IMG/VR virus record: IMGVR_UViG_3300037155_000096
Direction: 5' to 3' (one strand)
DNA length: 64,000 nt
Origin: a virus
Shown here: piece by piece, positions 28,253-36,968 of the stretch
Position numbering within the stretch: the first letter of the stretch is position 1
Layout of the letters: every line of letters begins with the position of its first letter
Notes under the pieces: generated by a model
Seen by the model: only the letters and a program-made list of their open reading frames with translations
Databases searched by the model: none
Told to the model about the DNA's origin: nothing
Made by a program: the position numbers and the translations under genes

Positions 28253-28597
28253 TTAGGTTTTCTCCTTGTCTTGTTTTTTCTCAGACTCTACCATCTTTAA
28301 ACGATTATCTTTGTTTTCCTGTAAAGCCGTAACGAGTTCGTTCATTTTTTCTGGAGTAATAATGAGTCTCGCTAAACATTTTGCATCAATTGAATCTATT
28401 TTGTCAAATTCCGCTTTTCTTTCTTCTTCTGATGCACCTATTACTAACGGAAGAACAGTTTCAAAAAAAGCTAAAGTAAAAAAATCCTTCTGATGTTGCA
28501 CAACTACGTGATTGACAAATTTAGTTTCTAAATTTTCTGGAAAAATAAAATTTAACTTTATTTTCTTAGTAGTTAATTCTGACGTTTTTACTGGCAT
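28253..28597 (-). CDS. DUF3467-like protein
   Basis: FVNHVVVQH...FTLAFFE...ARLIITPEKMNELVTAL pattern. Confidence 0.6.
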   Translation of the reverse strand: MPVKTSELTTKKIKLNFIFPENLETKFVNHVVVQHQKDFFTLAFFETVLPLVIGASEEERKAEFDKIDSIDAKCLARLIITPEKMNELVTALQENKDNRLKMVESEKKQDKEKT

Positions 28598-29125
28598 TTT
28601 GATTTTATTTAAAAATGGAAATTGTTCTATTTATTTATTAGACAACCTTATAATCGAAAAGTTTCAAAAAAATATATCTTGTGGCGCATCTATTCTAATA
28701 AATTATCTTATTAGTTCCTAACAAAATATGATTTATGTCAACACTAAAAATAGCTTTGCGTCTTATAACCCAAGACAGGAAGCTTACCACAACTAAAATG
28801 ATATGAAATAAGTATGCCACAATAAATAGTCTGAATATAGAACAAAATCCAACTATTTCGAGAAACGATAATGTAAAATGTACAGACAATTCTTAATTAA
28901 TTACAAATATAGGTATATACTTCTATAAAAAAAAGCAATTCGGTGTCCACATGATGCAAGTAATCTCTTCTAATATGGGGATATTATGGAAGATAATAAA
29001 AATCAATATTATTAAATCGAAACTGAGACACTACCGGAATTTAAGAGTAAAAAAATAGGCAGAAACTGATGAATAATTTGACAAGATACAAATATTGACG
29101 GTTGAAGCTCTTTTGGAAAGAGTAA

Positions 29126-29446
29126 TTATAACCGATGAGTTAGAGCCTTATCGCTTCCTGATAATATCAAATAAGAATCATAATTTGGTATTCGGATAAG
29201 TTTTTGTGCTTTATTTTTTATTAACAGTTCAGAAAAATTATTAAAATATTCGTCATGCATAATTAAATAATAGAATGGATGCATTGCGTTACCATCTTTT
29301 TTTGAATGTAGTAGATTACAAAAACATACTCCTGGTTCAGAATTCGATAATGAATTTATTATTGCAGAAAAGTCATTTATAGCATTAGTTTTTAAGATTC
29401 TTTTATGTTGAATTTTAAATATTAACATTATCCTTTCACCTTCCAC
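29126..29446 (-). CDS. Hypothetical protein
   Basis: 106-aa ORF downstream of the PIN-like gene. Confidence 0.5.
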   Translation of the reverse strand: MEGERIMLIFKIQHKRILKTNAINDFSAIINSLSNSEPGVCFCNLLHSKKDGNAMHPFYYLIMHDEYFNNFSELLIKNKAQKLIRIPNYDSYLILSGSDKALTHRL

Positions 29447-29472
29447 TCATGTATCTCGGACAGTAAATAGTT

Positions 29473-30342
29473 TCATATTTCAGTTGCAATTAATTGACTA
29501 TTAATACTCTGACCATCTATTTTAAATAAAACTCCATCTTTACAACACCTATGGAATATTTTTATCATTTTAGTATCATTGGAAGCTAAACACTTGTTAA
29601 AAACTCCCAACGTAAGATATTCAACGTCTATGTGATCATGAATTAATTTAGTAGGACTAATAATTCTATTAAAAGAATCATTATCCCTTTTATATTCTAC
29701 AGCATAAATTAAGAATACTTGAAACCAACACAATATAGCCCAATTAAAATCTATAATTTTTGACTTAGGCATATATTTAAAGCGAAAAATATCATAAATT
29801 TTAATTAGATAATCTCTATCATTATAGATCTTATTTAATGTTTCATCAAATATTGTAGAATTCGGGTCCTCTATATTCTTAATTTCAGGTATGAGATTAT
29901 AAACTCCATCCATGAGTTTTTTAAATTTTTCTGCTCCTTCACCTTCCAATTCCTTATGGTAAAAGTTTAACATATTTATTATGTTTTCATCGAATTTGCT
30001 TTCTCTTAAACTATTAATATCTGCATCAAAAGAAGTATCATATAAAAAATCACTTACTGACTCAATAGGTTTTTTATATTTTATTTCATATTCAATTAGG
30101 GTGTGAATAGACTCCATTAAATGCACCTTATTCTTTACTAAATTTAATCTATTCAAAATAATAATTGCCTGTTCTTTTTTATTCTTATCGTAATCATCAA
30201 TCAAATCCTTTTCCTGTTTACAATACTTAAAAATCTCATAACCCAATACCCCTGGGAGAACGAAGTTGTTATTATCACATATCTTTATCAAAGCATCTCG
30301 ATTTACGCCAAGAATCCAACTTTTGTCCACGATGATATTCAT
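29473..30342 (-). CDS. Hypothetical protein, possibly PIN-fold nuclease
   Basis: N-terminal IIVDKSW, E in LGYEIF, late HDHIDVEY and LASNDTKM follow PIN-like acidic spacing. Confidence 0.45.
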   Translation of the reverse strand: MNIIVDKSWILGVNRDALIKICDNNNFVLPGVLGYEIFKYCKQEKDLIDDYDKNKKEQAIIILNRLNLVKNKVHLMESIHTLIEYEIKYKKPIESVSDFLYDTSFDADINSLRESKFDENIINMLNFYHKELEGEGAEKFKKLMDGVYNLIPEIKNIEDPNSTIFDETLNKIYNDRDYLIKIYDIFRFKYMPKSKIIDFNWAILCWFQVFLIYAVEYKRDNDSFNRIISPTKLIHDHIDVEYLTLGVFNKCLASNDTKMIKIFHRCCKDGVLFKIDGQSINSQLIATEI

Positions 30343-30426
30343 TTTTATTACTCCTATAATTATAAAATAATTTTATTCGAACTGCTTCACACGAGGACAA
30401 AAACAGGACTACACGTTGAATATAGA

Positions 30427-30462
30427 CAAAAAAGAGACAGAAGCATTCAAGCCTCTGTCTCT
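30427..30462 (-). terminator. Rho-independent terminator downstream of the PEGA lipoprotein gene
   Basis: Stem AGAGACAGA (30433-30441) / TCTGTCTCT (30454-30462) next to an A-run, which reads as a U-tract on the minus strand. Confidence 0.7.
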
Positions 30463-30487
30463 TAATTCCTCTTAATTCCTTGATGGA

Positions 30488-30922
30488 TTATTTAGTCGGT
30501 TGATCAGCTCCTTTTTCTTTCTCTATATGTTGTTGCTGTTGTTGTTCAAGAACTGCGTTAACGTGGTCTTGGTCCAAGCCATACCAATTTCCAGTAGCTG
30601 CATCAACTATAATAGGCACTAAACCAAAGACTACATCAAGAACAATCCACCCTGCTCCAACTGAATTATTTAATACAATGGTCTTAGTTTCAAAACCATC
30701 TTTCTTAAACTCAAGCGTGTAAGAGTTTTTTGATTTTAGTTGCAGTTGAACAGGTGTTGTGCCTAATAGGTTTCCGTTAACATAAACTTTTGAAGCACTT
30801 GGATCAGACGAGAAAGAAACGGTATCCGTTGAACCGTGAAATATGGTCGCACAACTTGCTAATAAAATGGCGGTTATAATGCCAAAAATAAAAACGGAAC
30901 TGAGACTGAATATTTTTTTCAA
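30488..30922 (-). CDS. PEGA-domain lipoprotein (start revised to TTG at 30922)
   Basis: AGGAG RBS upstream of TTG; lipobox LLASC; SDPSASKVYVNGNLLGTTPVQLQL is PEGA-like. Confidence 0.75.
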   Translation of the reverse strand: MKKIFSLSSVFIFGIITAILLASCATIFHGSTDTVSFSSDPSASKVYVNGNLLGTTPVQLQLKSKNSYTLEFKKDGFETKTIVLNNSVGAGWIVLDVVFGLVPIIVDAATGNWYGLDQDHVNAVLEQQQQQHIEKEKGADQPTK

Positions 30923-30968
30923 AACTGACTCCTTTTTAATTCGGCAATCCTTATTAAGATTATGATTC

Positions 30969-31011
30969 GGCACTCGCTGAATTGCCTTTAAACGAAATGC
31001 CTTACTATTTA
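30969..31011 (+). repeat. 43-bp dispersed direct repeat, copy 1
   Basis: ggcactcgctgaattgcctttaaacgaaatgccttactattta; 41/43 identical to 32207-32249. Confidence 0.9.
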
Positions 31012-31096
31012 CTTATAATACTCTTTTTACTTTATCAATTAAACTGCCACCCAAAACCACTGTCCGTATTGAGTAGCAGGTACGAAGTTGTCTAAA

Positions 31097-31759
31097 CTAA
31101 TCTGGAAGTTCATTAAGATTTATTAGATTTTCTTTACCATTGACTTCAAAAAGATTATCGTTGCTTAGTGTTATTTTAGTTTGCTGATTCGGTTTTACTG
31201 TAATCCGAATTAGCCAATGATATTCTTCCGTTTCGCCCCCAGCCATGCGTGAAGAGGAAGCCACAAGAGCAAATTTCCCAGGTTTAAGTGAAAGCGTGAA
31301 TTTCCCATCTGCGTCGGTTTTTGTTGTCAACATAGTTGTTGATAATCCCTTTCTACTAAACACATCTCGAAAATACTGAAACATATTATCTAAAAGAGAA
31401 TCGTATTCAATTCTGCAATTAAGAAGTTTTAGTTTACTTTCAAGATAAGTTATTTTGTCACTTTGATATTTCTGTTTCTCTGTTTCAAACTCTAATTCAT
31501 CTAACTTCTTTTTCATTAAACCTAAACTCGGTTTACCTGGCATAATTTCTTTTCTTGCCGATTGGTATTTTGATTGTATGTATGGCTTGATAGCACTTTC
31601 GGAGATAACACATATCTCCACCAAACCAAGTTTTATACTCTCGCCTCCTCTCGTTACTATAAAAACTTCACCTGAAGCACCCGATACTAATGGAGAACAA
31701 TTTGCAATAAAAGAAAAAGCATAAATTACTAAGCAAAGGAAAAGAATATTTATTTTCAT
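31097..31759 (-). CDS. Exported/lipoprotein with a carboxypeptidase-regulatory-like domain (start revised to MKINILF)
   Basis: Signal-like N-terminus with Cys; TKTDADGKFTLSLKPGKFALVA motif. Confidence 0.6.
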   Translation of the reverse strand: MKINILFLCLVIYAFSFIANCSPLVSGASGEVFIVTRGGESIKLGLVEICVISESAIKPYIQSKYQSARKEIMPGKPSLGLMKKKLDELEFETEKQKYQSDKITYLESKLKLLNCRIEYDSLLDNMFQYFRDVFSRKGLSTTMLTTKTDADGKFTLSLKPGKFALVASSSRMAGGETEEYHWLIRITVKPNQQTKITLSNDNLFEVNGKENLINLNELPD

Positions 31760-31814
31760 AATTAATCCTTTATGATAAAAAACTAAGTTTTCAAATGAGC
31801 AGTTCAGCGTTAGG

Positions 31815-32162
31815 TTAGAATTTGAATTTTCCAGCAAGTTCATTGTTGATGAAAACCATAGCTGTATATCCAGCGCCAATACCAAGAAAACCAGCAGAAT
31901 AGGATACCATTAGTTTTACTTCTTTGCCTTTATAACTTCCTTTTTCTTCCATGTTCCCTGAGAAGAAGTTAGCACCATTATCTATTACGGTGCTATCGTT
32001 TATGACAACCTTAAAATTCTGTGTCACTCCGCTTGTATGGTAGACATTGATTTCCCAGTTGGCTTCTGTAGAACCAGATGGGCGATAAGTTGCAAATTGC
32101 GAAGATGTACAACCAACAATCACAAAAGCCAAGACGATAAGTACAGAATAAATTATTTTCAA
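31815..32162 (-). CDS. Predicted lipoprotein
   Basis: MKIIYSVLIVLAFVIVGC lipobox; TTG start with AGGAG RBS. Confidence 0.7.
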   Translation of the reverse strand: MKIIYSVLIVLAFVIVGCTSSQFATYRPSGSTEANWEINVYHTSGVTQNFKVVINDSTVIDNGANFFSGNMEEKGSYKGKEVKLMVSYSAGFLGIGAGYTAMVFINNELAGKFKF

Positions 32163-32206
32163 AATGTTTCTCCTTATGATTAAGCAATTCTATTAAATTA
32201 AAGTCT

Positions 32207-32249
32207 GGCACTCGCCGAATTGCATTTAAACGAAATGCCTTACTATTTA
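32207..32249 (+). repeat. 43-bp dispersed direct repeat, copy 2
   Basis: ggcactcgccgaattgcatttaaacgaaatgccttactattta. Confidence 0.9.
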
Positions 32250-32356
32250 TTATGTTCATTAAGACAAACCTCCGCCTTCTCCATAGCTTCTTTTTCTGTA
32301 TCGACATGAATATGTAGGTGTTATCCCAGGTTATTTCCTTCATCTTAAAATTACAA

Positions 32357-32641
32357 TCAATGAATCATTTCAATTTCTTCGGGTTCGGTTCCAGTAATAG
32401 GACCTGTTAAAATACCTTCTTTACCTTCCGTGAAACTCCCCGCATTTAAATTTACAGCATTACCATTCTCCCAATCCTCTTGTATCTTGTCGCTAATTTC
32501 TTTCGTTATTACTATTTTTTTTAAAGGCAGGGCAGCTATTCTAACAAAATAATCTTGTCCGTTTATAACTAATTGTGTAATGCAGTTGGTTTTTCCCGAA
32601 GTTCTGTAATCAGCTTCAATGATTATTTCTTTGCTTTTCAT
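32357..32641 (-). CDS. Hypothetical protein
   Basis: 94-aa ORF. Confidence 0.5.
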   Translation of the reverse strand: MKSKEIIIEADYRTSGKTNCITQLVINGQDYFVRIAALPLKKIVITKEISDKIQEDWENGNAVNLNAGSFTEGKEGILTGPITGTEPEEIEMIH

Positions 32642-32723
32642 AATAATGATCCCGTAAATAATTGTTTTACATTAAGATAACACATATTCCATTAATCATC
32701 AATACTTGCCTCTATTCAATGGA

Positions 32724-32888
32724 TTATCCTTTAAATACTCCTAATGGAGTTAATTCAACAAGTATTTCTACTAGATCCTTCTGGTTATCCATTACTGTTT
32801 GAATATCCTTATAAGCTCCTGGAGCTTCATCAAGATCCTTTACAGTTCTGATTCCATGAACAATTCCCTGGTCGTCAAGTACCTTCAT
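32724..32888 (-). pseudogene. rtcB: C-terminal stump of RtcB RNA ligase
   Basis: MKVLDDQGIVHGIRTVKDLDEAPGAYKDIQTVMDNQKDLVEILVELTPLGVFKG*; DEAP-x-AYK...VM..Q.DLV.....L.P....KG is the RtcB C-terminal signature; in-frame stop a few codons upstream. Confidence 0.85.
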
Positions 32889-32966
32889 CCAGATCATCTA
32901 TGTAAATTATCGCATAAGCGAACTTGCCTTTCATCTGGAACATGCATTCATCCTATTACTTAGAAA

Positions 32967-33450
32967 TGGGGGATATTGTTGACGCTCTTAATGAAATGAG
33001 AAGGGGTAAAGAATTTAAACCTTCAGAAGAAGATATAAGTGCAGAAAAGGGAAAGTTGTAAAAGACAATGCAATTTCCGATATTTTAGATGATTATATCG
33101 GAAGTAATGGTTTAGATGTTGATAAAGCCATTGCAGATAGGAAACAGAACATTGAGAAAATCCAATTAGAGAATGGTGTTCATGTTTCTGATTCCGATTA
33201 CTTAAATAAAATTGATGAATTAAAAAATGCTAAAGAACCGAATGAATCTGAAATAGATAATATATTCGGTGAAGATTTAGACAATAACAGGATTGACCAT
33301 GAAACAATCAACACAGTTGCATCCTCTCCAGAAACGAAAAAATTTGAATCTATTGTCGAAGATGCTAAAGGAAAAAACGAGACTAACTCAACTCCTGAAA
33401 TCAAAAAATCAATCGAAAGAATTGACGAAGTAGTATCTCCCTATCTGCCG
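32967..33450 (+). pseudogene. Frameshifted fragment of an acidic/Lys-rich protein
   Basis: MGDIVDALNEMRRGKEFKPSEEDISAEK continues after a 1-nt shift near 33045 as KGKVVKDNAISDILDDY...IERIDEVV; protein-like composition ends near 33440. Confidence 0.45.
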
Positions 33451-33539
33451 GTTAGTCGCATATCTTGTTTATTTTCGGAATGTGTTTGGAGTATTCGTTT
33501 GTATTCAGATGAACACATTAGTTTTAGGCTTGAGCGCCC

Positions 33540-34388
33540 TTATACGCCAAAGTGTTCGATTAGATGGGTAAATGATAGGTTTAAGCGTGAGATATTGCTT
33601 TCCGTCCGGTTCTTATTCTTGTTGACCATATTTGCTACGTCCTGATTGTCTGCATAATCTTGGTTGGACTTCTCTATCTCGGGATCTGAAAAATACCGGC
33701 CAGCATCATGCTTCACCCAGGGATATTCCAGAACCTGTGCTAATCTTTCGTCCGCCTTATCCTGCTTTACCATAAACCATGAGGGCGGTCTTACTTTCTC
33801 TTTGGTTTCCCATACGTAGATACATTTCCCTTTTGCAACTGTCAATTTGTTAACAGTCCCCCATACCTTATAATCGGTACAAATTCTTTTCCATACGTCC
33901 TTCTTGACCTTGACGATCTCATATTTATCATCGTTCGATACTTCTATTAAAGACAACTTATCTGAATCCTTCGCCCGTGTAATAATCTTCAGAACTTCGG
34001 CAGCCGGATCAAAATCGATAGGGCAGATAACCATGTCAGCTTGATAAAGGGACAGCCAGCTCTTAGGCATTTCAGATTTCGCCAGCAGCAGTACTGAATT
34101 CTTTGTGAACTTGCTTGCGAAGAACTTGATGAACGCCCCGCCGGTTTCTTTCGGTATATTCTTTTTCGGAGTAACCGTGGTAACACTACCATCGGGTTTC
34201 GATATCGTAGTCTGAAGCGAACGCAGGAACAAGTTCCCTTCCAATGCTTTAGCGAACTGCTCTTCAGTTCCCTGAACATACGAATAACCGGAAACAGGAT
34301 ACTTCCTTATCTTGAGTCCTAATTTCTCCAGTTCTTTTTTCTTGGACTGGCTGAGGTTCTTGTTATCTACGATTTTCTCTGTGTTCAT
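33540..34388 (-). CDS. Hypothetical phage protein
   Basis: 282-aa basic ORF. Confidence 0.6.
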   Translation of the reverse strand: MNTEKIVDNKNLSQSKKKELEKLGLKIRKYPVSGYSYVQGTEEQFAKALEGNLFLRSLQTTISKPDGSVTTVTPKKNIPKETGGAFIKFFASKFTKNSVLLLAKSEMPKSWLSLYQADMVICPIDFDPAAEVLKIITRAKDSDKLSLIEVSNDDKYEIVKVKKDVWKRICTDYKVWGTVNKLTVAKGKCIYVWETKEKVRPPSWFMVKQDKADERLAQVLEYPWVKHDAGRYFSDPEIEKSNQDYADNQDVANMVNKNKNRTESNISRLNLSFTHLIEHFGV

Positions 34389-34427
34389 TTCATTCCTTAA
34401 AGAATATCAGCAATATGAGGGCTGCCA

Positions 34428-34811
34428 TTATTCATGCGCCCTGATAAGTTCGATGGCTTCATCGAGATCTTCGACCGTGATTGTCGCGAAGTTCTTCAGG
34501 AACTCCAGGTACCGTGGCTTGAAAGTATCATTAGCTTCCATTACAAATATTACTGTCTTACCGAGACCATAAGCGTATGCCATCTCAGCCGTCAGCCCAA
34601 GACCAACCGGATTAGTCTTTTCGAAATAAGCCAGCACTATGTCAGATTTCTTCAGATGATGCTTATTCCACACACCTATCTCATCCATGCTGAAATTCAA
34701 TTCCTGATTATCGCCCGGATTGAAGAACGTAAATCCTTCCAGATTTTCCTTTACTTTTTCTCTCCACATTGAGTGAAATCCACCTGACAGGTACACCTTA
34801 GTCGTTTCCAT
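34428..34811 (-). CDS. Nucleoside 2-deoxyribosyltransferase-like protein
   Basis: KVYLSGG, FFNPGD, SDIVLAY, GLTAEMAYAYGLGKTVI. Confidence 0.85.
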   Translation of the reverse strand: METTKVYLSGGFHSMWREKVKENLEGFTFFNPGDNQELNFSMDEIGVWNKHHLKKSDIVLAYFEKTNPVGLGLTAEMAYAYGLGKTVIFVMEANDTFKPRYLEFLKNFATITVEDLDEAIELIRAHE

Positions 34812-34855
34812 CGAATCTTTCCTTTTGTATTATTTTTCTGATTATTCTTATTATC

Positions 34856-35620
34856 TTATAATTTCCATAAATGACCGTCGAATGCGAATGCATAGTCAAT
34901 GACTACCACATTGTAAAACGAGAAATTCCCGTTTCTCTGGACGAAGTAAATTCCGAATCCCTGGTTCGAGTTCTTGAACATGCTGTAATTCCAGTCTCTC
35001 TTGCACATACAGCCGACCGAGTAACCCTGCATGACCTTGCCTTCGATATTTCCGCTGGTTGCCGTATCGCTCTTGTGAATATGTCCCATTACGAAGTTCG
35101 CATGGAAGTCCTGAATCAAATGGGACCTTACAGCGGTGACTCCGGCTCTGAATCCATGAGTAACATTTAACTTGCCAGCCTTGTAAAAACCTTTGTATGG
35201 CAATATCATGCCGAACCCTCTTTTCTTCAGCTGCAGCTTGCTGTACCTGTGAATGCTATCATCGAAGAAATTCGGGTTCTCCGTGAAGTAATCATCCTGC
35301 CACTTATCGTGATTGCCGTCCAGCCATATCAACTCGGTCTTTCTATTCGGCAACAATTCATCTAACATTAGATTGGCTGCAACATGATCTTCATTGACTT
35401 CCTCATACGGCGTTTCATTCTTTCTTTTACCGTGACTTCCATAAGCCGCATAATTCAGAATATCTCCATCGAGTACAATCTCACCCGGTTTGAACTCCTT
35501 AATGAATTCACTCACCAGCTTTATCAGTTTCTTATCCTGATACGGCGAATGGAAATCCGCCATGACTATTCCCGTTTTCACCTGTCCGATTATGTTCATC
35601 CCAGCTCCGCTTGGTTGCAC
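34856..35620 (-). CDS. Calcineurin-like metallophosphoesterase
   Basis: DFH, GDILN, GNHD, THG and GHIH motifs. Confidence 0.9.
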   Translation of the reverse strand: MQPSGAGMNIIGQVKTGIVMADFHSPYQDKKLIKLVSEFIKEFKPGEIVLDGDILNYAAYGSHGKRKNETPYEEVNEDHVAANLMLDELLPNRKTELIWLDGNHDKWQDDYFTENPNFFDDSIHRYSKLQLKKRGFGMILPYKGFYKAGKLNVTHGFRAGVTAVRSHLIQDFHANFVMGHIHKSDTATSGNIEGKVMQGYSVGCMCKRDWNYSMFKNSNQGFGIYFVQRNGNFSFYNVVVIDYAFAFDGHLWKL

Positions 35621-35633
35621 ATGATTTCGTTGA

Positions 35634-35870
35634 CTAGATTTTTCTTTTTGTCAGTGCACCCGATGGACTAATATCCCATTCGGATATCGGGAGGACTTCA
35701 TTGGAATTAAAACATTCGACAGTGTTGATCAGAGTAGCTAACCGCCTGGACATTTTTCTCAGACCTTCGAGAGTCTCCTTTGCGGGAACGCTCTCATCTT
35801 CAAAAAATCTTTCAATCGCCTCATTAGCTTCGTGCTGTAACAACTTGTTCGGGCTTATCGTCTGGTTCAT
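35634..35870 (-). CDS. Hypothetical phage protein
   Basis: 78-aa ORF in the operon. Confidence 0.5.
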   Translation of the reverse strand: MNQTISPNKLLQHEANEAIERFFEDESVPAKETLEGLRKMSRRLATLINTVECFNSNEVLPISEWDISPSGALTKRKI

Positions 35871-35877
35871 ACTATTC

Positions 35878-36729
35878 TCACTTAATGAAACTACTGATTG
35901 GAACTGAGACGGAAATACCCGCCCATTTTGTGTCTGTAACTAAAAACCATGCACCAATCGCCTTATACTGGATCGTAAGACCGTAAGCTATGGAAGCTCC
36001 TGTAAGCGATACTGACTTTACCATCTCTGTGCCTGTACCGAGTAGTCCGCCGACTTTCAGATTATCTAAGAATCCGGGTTCGATGCAGTTACTAGCCGAC
36101 GGAGCAAAAAGCTTCTCATCTACTTCGGTATTCAATGTCGTCACTGTTATCCCAGGCGTCTTGGGTTCAAAGATTCCCATAACCTGCAAGGTCTCGGGAT
36201 TTCTTGCTATCTTAATCTTCCCTTCCAGTGGTCTGAATTTCAGGTTCAACTTCGTGAAGCTGTTAACCGGGGCTTTCAAATCGATGACAGTAGTTCCGCT
36301 TACACCCACCATTAGAGTATCGTATTGTGGAAACGTGTACGTAGCTTTCGTACTGTCAATGGTGGTGCTGCCACCCTTTATAATAATCGCCAAATCGTTA
36401 ATTTTTAAGCCCAGTTCCTGTATGACTGCCAGTTGATATCCTTGCTTGCGTAACGATTCTCTGAGCTGCGTGTCTGTTTGCTGTTGCAAGTCATACAAGT
36501 AACTGAGTTTCTCATATTCTGTCTTACCCTGATCGTTAATTACCTGCCTCAATGAATCCAGGCTTGCCTGAAAGTTCACATTGCTTACTTTACCAGCCCG
36601 TTCTACCTCAGCCTTCAATGACTGATTCTGCTTATATAAGTAAACGCTTACCGATACCAATGCGAGGAATACACCCACCAGAATTGCTGTGGTAATAACT
36701 TTCTGTTTCAGAGTCATTGCTAAAATCAT
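35878..36729 (-). CDS. Membrane-anchored coiled-coil protein (possible spanin-like lysis accessory)
   Basis: N-terminal TM helix, coiled coil, beta-rich C-terminus; lies downstream of the endolysin. Confidence 0.45.
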   Translation of the reverse strand: MILAMTLKQKVITTAILVGVFLALVSVSVYLYKQNQSLKAEVERAGKVSNVNFQASLDSLRQVINDQGKTEYEKLSYLYDLQQQTDTQLRESLRKQGYQLAVIQELGLKINDLAIIIKGGSTTIDSTKATYTFPQYDTLMVGVSGTTVIDLKAPVNSFTKLNLKFRPLEGKIKIARNPETLQVMGIFEPKTPGITVTTLNTEVDEKLFAPSASNCIEPGFLDNLKVGGLLGTGTEMVKSVSLTGASIAYGLTIQYKAIGAWFLVTDTKWAGISVSVPISSFIK

Positions 36730-36968
36730 TTCACCCTTCCGTGCTTGGTTCCTAAAATTATTTCCGTTCCCTCTTTGTACCAGCTATGTCCGTTCTGACA
36801 TGTTCTCTCATTTATTCTGCATTTGCAGGTACCCACATATTTTTCTTTGCATTCAGGACAGTAGTCGATATTTCCAATAAGCCCCCGAGCTTCTGCTATG
36901 CGACTGGCTTGACGCCTTGTCTCAAGTGCCACTATCGTAGCAAATAATGTCTGCCTAAGTTTTCTCAT
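36726..36968 (-). CDS. Small Cys-rich (zinc-ribbon-like) protein
   Basis: YCPEC...TCKC...CQNGHSW. Confidence 0.5.
   Translation of the reverse strand: MRKLRQTLFATIVALETRRQASRIAEARGLIGNIDYCPECKEKYVGTCKCRINERTCQNGHSWYKEGTEIILGTKHGRVK

Larger units (their letters stand above)
6370..33440. mobile_element. AT-rich defence/accessory island interrupting the phage gene array (boundaries approximate)
   Basis: Abrupt GC drop, switch to plus-strand operons, broken genes at both ends, and clustered Argonaute-SIR2, BREX, Mrr and TA genes. Confidence 0.75.

Noticed and set aside
32011-32343. 110-aa ORF spanning repeat copy 2
   Set aside because: It overlaps the lipoprotein gene in another frame, crosses the intergenic repeat and has no protein-like features.
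6369-33422. ATCGAAGGAAT (6369-6379) / ATCGAAAGAAT (33412-33422) as att sites or target-site duplication of the island
   Set aside because: Only 10/11 identical and AT-rich, so expected by chance; the flanks do not rejoin into one gene.
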